64,000 nucleotides of DNA from a virus. The notes beneath the pieces are model-generated. The model worked only from the letters and a program-made list of their open reading frames with translations, was not told the origin of the DNA and did no database searches. Location of the stretch: the IMG/VR virus record IMGVR_UViG_3300025785_000013, positions 1 to 64,000 of that record; one strand, given 5' to 3'. Each line of letters starts with the position of its first letter. Position 1 is the first letter of the stretch. This document shows positions 8,738 through 15,918 of the stretch, piece by piece. A program made the translations under genes and the position numbers.

Positions 8738-9781
8738 ATGAACTTCCGACAAATTCTCGAAATCCTTAAAGGTGACGTTGTAGGTCACGAATTCCACGGC
8801 AATCAGTGGATTAACGGTTCAGGAAAGTTCAATGCAGGTGGTGGAAAGCCCCGACCAGCAGCGAAGCCGAAGCCTGCCGGTCAGCGCAGGGCAGCCGCGC
8901 CAAAGCCAGCACCAGCCCCACGCCGTGTTGCAGCCCCCAAGCCCCCGGCTCCTACCCCACCACGCCCCGAAACACCAAAGCCAACTCCACCGCCAGTAAA
9001 ACTCCCTGAGCCTCAGCAATCCCTGAAGCCAGCCGTCAAGGACTGGAATGAACCCGGCCCCAAGGTTCTGGCCACCAACGAAATTGCTTCCTACGACAAG
9101 AAGTTAGGTTCCAAGGGTGGAGCGCAGAACACTGGACTGCAACTCGTCACGATGAAGGATGGCAGTGCCGGTGTGGTGAAGGGTCTAGCAGAATGGGGAA
9201 AAAATTCCCCAAAACAACTTGCTAAGGCCGAAGTCGCTGCTGGAAAAATCGGCGCAGCGATGGGTATTTCAATTGCCAAGGCTGAGCCGGTTCCGGGTGA
9301 GCCGAAGAAGATTGTGATGCCCCTCATCAAGGGTGAAACAGCATTTGACAGTCGTGGAGCAGACAATGTTTCATCGGAGTGCAACCAGCAGCGAAACGAA
9401 ATGTACTTTTTCGACAAGTTGATTGGCAACGGTGACCGTCATTTTGGAAACTTTATGTACACCAATCTGACCCCCCGCAACTGGGTCACTCAGGATAGCC
9501 AAGTCGTAGCGATTGACCACTCGCTTTGCTTGGGAAACGCCCGTCACGAGCCTTTTCCACCACAGTCCTCCGACCTTGTGCAATTTGCTGTGTTGAAGCG
9601 CATAAACTCCGATAGGTTGACCCAGATGTACACCGGCCTGAAGGATTTGCAGGCAGCCAAGAACAACACCACCTTTGAAAAAGATGCTGTTGATAAGTGC
9701 GTCGGAGTAATGGAAAAGGCGTTCCCCTTTGTCACTGGCAACGACCCAACTGCGAAGAAGATGTACGACAGGATGGTCTAG
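8738..9781 (+). CDS. Tagged HipA/CtkA/PI3-PI4K-like kinase 2
   Basis: N-terminal tag, Pro-rich linker, GVVK..E, FDKLIGNGDRHFGNFM, VVAIDHSLCL. Confidence 0.8.
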   Translation: MNFRQILEILKGDVVGHEFHGNQWINGSGKFNAGGGKPRPAAKPKPAGQRRAAAPKPAPAPRRVAAPKPPAPTPPRPETPKPTPPPVKLPEPQQSLKPAVKDWNEPGPKVLATNEIASYDKKLGSKGGAQNTGLQLVTMKDGSAGVVKGLAEWGKNSPKQLAKAEVAAGKIGAAMGISIAKAEPVPGEPKKIVMPLIKGETAFDSRGADNVSSECNQQRNEMYFFDKLIGNGDRHFGNFMYTNLTPRNWVTQDSQVVAIDHSLCLGNARHEPFPPQSSDLVQFAVLKRINSDRLTQMYTGLKDLQAAKNNTTFEKDAVDKCVGVMEKAFPFVTGNDPTAKKMYDRMV

Positions 9782-12700
9782 TGACGTTCCAACCGAACTT
9801 TGTTAAATTCACCAACACTGACGTAATCGGAACGGAGCCTTTGGAAGGTCGCTTCAAGGGGAACCAGAACGACGGTTTCACCTACGTCCGGTTTGCCGAT
9901 GGCTCTGGTGGCATCATCAAGACGATGAAGGACTGGGTTGGCAACAAGACCGGCAGGCTCTACCCTGCTGAAATCTTGGCAGCGCAGGAGTACTTGGCAT
10001 CGCTGGTGGGCGAAACAATGAACGCTCCGGTTAGGGACTGCCACCTCTACGGCTCTGGTGCCAAGACCGTCATTATGCCGTTCATCGTCGGCCAGACTGG
10101 TGAAGAAGCCGGGCAGACCGAGTTGCCGGAGAACGCTCAGGGAACAGCACTGAAACTGTTCGACTACCTCACCGCCAATGCAGACCGTCGGCCCAAGAAT
10201 TGGATTTCCACCCCCGACGGGCGCATCGTGGGCATTGACCACGCCTTGTGCAACTTCCGGCCCCGTGTTCTAAAGCCTGATTTCGTTAGCGACCTTTGGA
10301 ACAACGGAGTATCACCAGAATCGCTGCTCATTCTCCAGCCGAAGTTGGCAAACCTCGCCATTGACTTCCACCAGATTGGAATGGGCGACAAGCACGAGAC
10401 AATGATGCAGAACTTGTCTCAACTCATCGCGGCTTTCCAAACCTTGGCCAAGTTCGCCACGGTAGTGAAATCCGTTGTGGGGGCAGACCGAATCGTTGTC
10501 AAGGGCGACGAGCCGGGACATCCGTTCAGAGGCAACCAATGGACTGGTGGAAACGCCGAACTTGCTAAGGGCGCAGCCGAATACGCCAAGAGCGTCGGCT
10601 TGCAGCGACCCGACATTGACTACTCCAAGGTGAAAGTCAACCCGTCACGGGCTTTGGAAATCGCCAAGGACTACGTTGCACTGCCGTCTGTGGATGAATC
10701 CACTCGTGCTGCCTACCGAGAGTTCGTCAAGGAAACCCATCAGCAATTTGAGTACCTAACCAAGACCCTTGGGGTCAAGGTCGAAGTAGTCAAGGAAGAC
10801 CCGTACAAGGATGCTGCTGAAATGGCAGCAGACGTTCACGACAACCATCACTTGGCCGTTCTGTCTGCCAGTAGCACTGGTGGCCACCCGTTCGTCACCA
10901 ACCGGGAAATCGAAGAATTCCGTGCTGTCCACGACGCTTTTGGACACGCTGCCACTGGGCGCAACTTCGACAGGAATGGTGAAGAAGCGGCGTGGGCCAG
11001 CCACGCCTCAATGTATGGCCCACTCGCTCGTCAGGCAATGACCACTGCAACTCGTGGTCAAAACTCCGTGATGACCCAACTCGGTGGTGGATTCCCAGAG
11101 CAGAAGGGCGCACTGCTCCCAGAGAAGTGGTCAGACCCATCAACAGCGGGGATGTCCGATGATGTAGTGAAATCTGATGGCGACATCCGGCCCTGCTTCG
11201 CCGGTGGCCGAGCGCAATACGACTATCAGCAGTCGGATGTCCAAAAGGGCGACGTGGATGGTCACCAATTCCACGGGAACCAGTGGGTCACTGTCGGTGG
11301 CAAGTTCAATGCTTCTGGTGGAAAAGCAAAGGCTCCGAAGGCTGCCAAGGCTCCAAAGCCCCGGAAGCCACTCATCCCAGCAGCCAAGCCACCAAAGGCT
11401 GCACAAGTAGCCAAGCCAAAGCCTGTTGCCCCATCACCACCGCCTGCCCCTCAGCCTCAGCCTGCTCCAAAGCCAGAACCCAAGGTGGAAAAGCCCTCGG
11501 CACCGTTGGCCCCGGCCCCGAAGTCGGCCTCAATTGGGCATATCGCTGCAAAGAGCGAGTTTCCACCGGCGACAACTGCGCTCATCAAGAAACTTGTTTC
11601 CGAGTACACCGACAAAGTGGTGTTCAAGAAGGAAGACAACCCCGAACAAAGAAGGGCAACGCTTCAAGAAAACCTCACCAACTTGCTGTTGCAACCCACC
11701 GAATACTTGCGACAGCGTGACATTGCTGTAAAAAACAAGTCCAGCGACCCGTCAAGTACAGCAATTCTCCAAATGCTCGGCTACTCCGAGAGGCCAACTG
11801 TACTCAGTGAAAAGCAGTTTGCCAATACGCCGGGACAGGTTCTTTATTCTGGCCTTACGGACGGCAGCAGTGGCATTATGACGAAGTTGTCGCAAATGTA
11901 CTACGGGGATGTCCCCCGTTATGGTGGTGGCGTGTATGGAGCAGCGTTTTACACCTCTCCGGGCAAGTTGACCCCAGCCGGTTATGCTAATTACAAAGGG
12001 ACAAATGGTTGCATTTTTCGTTGCAAATTAGACAATCCTGCCAATGTTTGGCAATCTGATTACCATCAAAAGGACAGGCCGAGTAACCAGCAACCATATC
12101 TGCATAATAGCGACTTGCTGAGCAATGAAACTGCTGCCTACATTGAAAGGTCGTTTATAAACGAAATTCCCGGCGAAGCACACTTTTCACCAGAACAACA
12201 AAAAACTCTTGCGTCTATAGGAGAGGCATTTCCTAATCTAGAAGACGCATTTGGTGGTTATGAAATTTACAGTACTCTCCCAGCACTTGCGGGTTTCGAC
12301 GCTTACCACGACACTACGAACAACTACACAATGGTGTTGAATCGCAGTTCGATGATTCTGCCTGAAAACACCACAGTTTCCGTAAATATGAAAGAATCAT
12401 ACTTTGGAGAAGGGGGTGCCTTACCCAATCCAATTGCTGGAAACCGAGATGGGTTGAAGGATGTCCCTGTCCCGTTGCCCGACAAAGTTGAGAAAGGCGA
12501 CCTCGTTGGACACCTGTTCCACGGGAACCAGTACACGAATGGCATCCAAGTAGCAACGTTCTTGGCTTCAGCCCTGCATCGCAGGGCAGCGAAGAACGAA
12601 CCGGGCATCACCAAAGAGATTGCCGAGACTGCTACCGAAGTAGGGGCGCAGCGCATTAAACCAGACAAGGTGCTGAAAAGCGCAGATTCGCTGGCTCGCA

Positions 12701-15700
12701 AGATTGCCCTTGACGCACGAGACTTCGTTGGCCCCAAGTCCGAAGCCGAACAGCAGGCATCGCTGGCGGTCAAGGATTCAATTCGCTACACCTTGGCGTT
12801 GGATGAGAAGAAGTTCAGTGACGGAGTGAAATCGGCTTTGGCAGACCTCCGTAAGGAAGGCTATGAAACCATTGCCATTCGCAACTACTTCAACACCGAC
12901 CCTCACAACTCCTACAAAGGCATCAACGGCCTGTTCCGCGACCCCATCAAGAACCAAATGTTTGAGGTGCAGTTCCACACCCCGGAATCAGCAGCAATGG
13001 CCACGAAGACCCACGGAATCTACGAGCGCATCCGTGACCTGAATCCAAAAGACCCTGCCTACATAAAGGGTCAGGCCAAGATGGTGAAAATGTGGGCCAA
13101 AGTTTCCATTCCTGCTGGCGTGGAAGACATCGGCACCCGGAGTATCAAGGCTTCTGCGTGGACGTACTACGAGTATTCCACCACCGAAGGAAAGCCGTTC
13201 GCCTACTACCGATACGACGGAACTGACGCAGAGGCTTACGTTGAGGGACAGTGGATTCCAGCATCGGCGTTCTTGGAGAACTGGATTGAGGGCAACCCAC
13301 TTCTGACTGAACTTGACGGCCCACCAGAGGAAGCGATTTCCAAAGGTGACGTTCCCGGCCACCAGTTTCACGGTAATCAGTGGTTGACCGTCGGGGGTGG
13401 CTTCAACACCCGTGGTGGAAAGCCGAGTTCGGCAGCCAAGGCCCCGGCGAAGGCACCAAAGGCACCCAAAGCAAAGGCTCCGAAGGCTCCTAGGGTTCCA
13501 AAAGCCCCTAAGCCTGTCGCATCACCACCAGAGCCGAAGCCAGAACCAAAGCCAGAGCCAGAGCCAACCCCACCAAAGGCCGAGACACCAGCACCCGAAC
13601 TAGAGTTCAAAAGCGAGTTGTCACCAAAGGAGACTGCTGAAATTCGCCAGTACGTCGAAAACGCTTCAAAGGACATCCCAATCTCAGGCCAACTTGGAGA
13701 CAAGTCGCAAGATGACGCTCGTAGGGCGTTGTTCGCCAAGAATTTGACAATGGTGTTGTGCAACCCCGGCGAATACAACAGGCAATTCAAAATTGCAAAA
13801 GAGCAACGAAGCAACGACCCTATGAACGCAGCAATTCTTCAGATGCTTGGATACGGAGCAAAGCCAAGGGTTGTCAGCGAAGAAGAATTCGCCAAGGTAC
13901 CAACTCCGTGCCTGTTCTCCGGCATCAAGACCGGCTCAACTTCAGTCGGAACCAAGATGTCCCAGTTGTACTACGGGAAGGTTCCTCGCTACGGTGGTGG
14001 TTTTTACGGAGCAGCGTTCTACACCTCCCCTGAGAAGTACACCCCGGTGGGGTACACGAGAATTGGTAGAGGTGGAGACAGTTGCATTTTTAGAGCAAAG
14101 TTGGAAAGCACATCGAACACTTGGACTTATGACGGCTTGGCCTACGAGAGGCCAGAAGGTATTTCACTGCTGCCCTTGATGAAACAGGGCATCACCCCAG
14201 ACCAAGCGTCGGCTTACGGCAAAATTGACGCAGTAATGACCGACTACTCAATGAGGATGAGTGCCGTTCCAGCACTTGCTGGCTTTGATGCCCTGACCGT
14301 ACCGCAAGTCGGTATTAAAAACGATGACTACACGATGCTGTTAAACCGTGGTGCTTTGGTTCTCCCGAAGAACATCACCATTGGTAGTGACAAATCCTTT
14401 AACGAGTTTAACTTTGATGAAAAGGGCGCAGTAGGCAACGAACTGACCAACGTGCCGGTTCAACCATACGAAAAGCCCGTACAAAAGGGCGACGTTGAAG
14501 GCCATCCCTTTCACGGAAACCAGTGGACAGGTGGAGAGGGTGGCAGTGAAATCTCCCAAGCCGAGAGCAAGCCGGGGGACAACGTTTCCGTGTACCTCAA
14601 CAGTCGCAAGGTCGCAGAAGCGGTGGAAAAGGGTCTAACAGGCCCCAAGTGGGATATGAAGGTTCGTGGTGACTGCAAAGCAGCAATCGCCAAGGACATT
14701 GCTTCTCGCCTCGGCCCCGAATGGGATGAAGCGTTAGGCAGCAGGCAGCCAGAGGAACGGGCAGCAGCCGTCAGCAAACTCGTCTCGGAATGGGCCAACA
14801 CGTCGAACGACACTTCTCCACTGTCATTGGCAATGCAGCAATTAGCAGCCAAGGAGTTCGGTCTTGCTGGACATTTTGACTGGGATTACAAAGAAGCAGC
14901 AAGGCAATTCCTCGGCTACAGCAGTAGGGGGAAACTTGATTCAGCACAACAAGACCAAATTACAAATTTAGCAACAGCAACACAGGCACAAGTTGACAAA
15001 CTTGTCAGTGAAAACGGTGACTTCTACAAGGCTTTCCTCCGGGCGCAGTACAACGCAACGCAGGATTACTTCAAGGCTGCTGGAATCAAGGAAGTTTCCG
15101 TGTACCGAGGGATGACTTTCCGTTCTCAAAGTTCTCCACCGGATTGGACAAAAGGTTTTAAAACAAATTCAGAAGTGCCACTTCGCCCGCTTTCTTCGTT
15201 TGCCTATTCAGCAACCGAAGCAAGTCATTTTGGCGAAGTTATGATTTCTGGCACCGTCCCAGTAGAGCGAGTTCTGTCGTGTGCTAGAACCGGCGTGGGT
15301 TGTCTAGACGAAGACGAAATTGTTGTAATGGCTGGCCCCGGCAAATGGCAAGTCAATGGTCAAAACGATTTTCGCAATGCCGATTTGCAAGGTGCCAAAA
15401 TTAAAGACATTGCAGAGTACGCTAATTTTTCGGGTGCCAACCTCCAAGGCGCAAAGTTTGAAACCCCCTCACAAAACGCAAATTTTTCAGGGGCAAATCT
15501 TACAAACGCTGACTTTTCAACAGACCGCACTCCTTTTTTGAATGGCAACGGCTCCAACGGAAACCTTAACCACGTTTGGTATGGCGCAAACTTCAGCAAT
15601 GCCAACCTCACTGGCGCAAACTTGTCGGGTTCATTTTTTTCAGCAAGCGATTTCATTAAAGCCAATTTTTCTGGGTGCAACTTGTCAAAGGCCGAGATTG

Positions 15701-15909
15701 GCAACTCACGCCTTTCGGAAGCCAATCTTGAAGGTGCAAACCTTGAAGATGTAAACTTTAGAGATGTAAGCCTTAAAGGTGCAAATCTTGCTAACGCAAA
15801 CCTGTCAGGAGCAGAATTTGCAGCCGTGCAGTCTGACAAAGACACCGTGCTTCCAAGCGGATACGAATTCAGCCAGTACGGAATCCGTCAAGTCAGTAGA
15901 AACGCGTAA
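9781..15909 (+). CDS. About 2040-aa polyvalent effector polyprotein: kinase 3, HDxFGH domain, 2x ART-like, RelA/SpoT-like plus putative immunity, R-S-E ART, pentapeptide repeats
   Basis: Start reassigned to GTG 9781, overlapping the upstream TAG. Five tag copies delimit the modules. Motifs DRRPKN/IDH; FRAVHDAFGH; YGGGxYGAAFY; KSADSLARKI/DSIRYT/YKGIN/FEVQFHT; VYRG/LSSF/EDE; ANLSG repeats. Confidence 0.85.
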   Translation: MTFQPNFVKFTNTDVIGTEPLEGRFKGNQNDGFTYVRFADGSGGIIKTMKDWVGNKTGRLYPAEILAAQEYLASLVGETMNAPVRDCHLYGSGAKTVIMPFIVGQTGEEAGQTELPENAQGTALKLFDYLTANADRRPKNWISTPDGRIVGIDHALCNFRPRVLKPDFVSDLWNNGVSPESLLILQPKLANLAIDFHQIGMGDKHETMMQNLSQLIAAFQTLAKFATVVKSVVGADRIVVKGDEPGHPFRGNQWTGGNAELAKGAAEYAKSVGLQRPDIDYSKVKVNPSRALEIAKDYVALPSVDESTRAAYREFVKETHQQFEYLTKTLGVKVEVVKEDPYKDAAEMAADVHDNHHLAVLSASSTGGHPFVTNREIEEFRAVHDAFGHAATGRNFDRNGEEAAWASHASMYGPLARQAMTTATRGQNSVMTQLGGGFPEQKGALLPEKWSDPSTAGMSDDVVKSDGDIRPCFAGGRAQYDYQQSDVQKGDVDGHQFHGNQWVTVGGKFNASGGKAKAPKAAKAPKPRKPLIPAAKPPKAAQVAKPKPVAPSPPPAPQPQPAPKPEPKVEKPSAPLAPAPKSASIGHIAAKSEFPPATTALIKKLVSEYTDKVVFKKEDNPEQRRATLQENLTNLLLQPTEYLRQRDIAVKNKSSDPSSTAILQMLGYSERPTVLSEKQFANTPGQVLYSGLTDGSSGIMTKLSQMYYGDVPRYGGGVYGAAFYTSPGKLTPAGYANYKGTNGCIFRCKLDNPANVWQSDYHQKDRPSNQQPYLHNSDLLSNETAAYIERSFINEIPGEAHFSPEQQKTLASIGEAFPNLEDAFGGYEIYSTLPALAGFDAYHDTTNNYTMVLNRSSMILPENTTVSVNMKESYFGEGGALPNPIAGNRDGLKDVPVPLPDKVEKGDLVGHLFHGNQYTNGIQVATFLASALHRRAAKNEPGITKEIAETATEVGAQRIKPDKVLKSADSLARKIALDARDFVGPKSEAEQQASLAVKDSIRYTLALDEKKFSDGVKSALADLRKEGYETIAIRNYFNTDPHNSYKGINGLFRDPIKNQMFEVQFHTPESAAMATKTHGIYERIRDLNPKDPAYIKGQAKMVKMWAKVSIPAGVEDIGTRSIKASAWTYYEYSTTEGKPFAYYRYDGTDAEAYVEGQWIPASAFLENWIEGNPLLTELDGPPEEAISKGDVPGHQFHGNQWLTVGGGFNTRGGKPSSAAKAPAKAPKAPKAKAPKAPRVPKAPKPVASPPEPKPEPKPEPEPTPPKAETPAPELEFKSELSPKETAEIRQYVENASKDIPISGQLGDKSQDDARRALFAKNLTMVLCNPGEYNRQFKIAKEQRSNDPMNAAILQMLGYGAKPRVVSEEEFAKVPTPCLFSGIKTGSTSVGTKMSQLYYGKVPRYGGGFYGAAFYTSPEKYTPVGYTRIGRGGDSCIFRAKLESTSNTWTYDGLAYERPEGISLLPLMKQGITPDQASAYGKIDAVMTDYSMRMSAVPALAGFDALTVPQVGIKNDDYTMLLNRGALVLPKNITIGSDKSFNEFNFDEKGAVGNELTNVPVQPYEKPVQKGDVEGHPFHGNQWTGGEGGSEISQAESKPGDNVSVYLNSRKVAEAVEKGLTGPKWDMKVRGDCKAAIAKDIASRLGPEWDEALGSRQPEERAAAVSKLVSEWANTSNDTSPLSLAMQQLAAKEFGLAGHFDWDYKEAARQFLGYSSRGKLDSAQQDQITNLATATQAQVDKLVSENGDFYKAFLRAQYNATQDYFKAAGIKEVSVYRGMTFRSQSSPPDWTKGFKTNSEVPLRPLSSFAYSATEASHFGEVMISGTVPVERVLSCARTGVGCLDEDEIVVMAGPGKWQVNGQNDFRNADLQGAKIKDIAEYANFSGANLQGAKFETPSQNANFSGANLTNADFSTDRTPFLNGNGSNGNLNHVWYGANFSNANLTGANLSGSFFSASDFIKANFSGCNLSKAEIGNSRLSEANLEGANLEDVNFRDVSLKGANLANANLSGAEFAAVQSDKDTVLPSGYEFSQYGIRQVSRNA
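15367..15840 (+). repeat. Pentapeptide repeats (A[ND][LF]xx)
   Basis: ADLQG, ANFSG, ANLQG, ANLTN, ANLTG, ANLSG, ANLEG and similar. Confidence 0.9.
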
Positions 15910-15918
15910 ACTGAGCCA

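Noticed and set aside
9697-9780. ORF-track start of the large polyprotein (likewise the starts at 1548, 4882, 18123, 21515, 23450, 26728, 57611, 61808, 62813)
   Set aside because: These overlap upstream genes or regulatory DNA; downstream starts have an RBS, stop/start coupling or leaderless promoters
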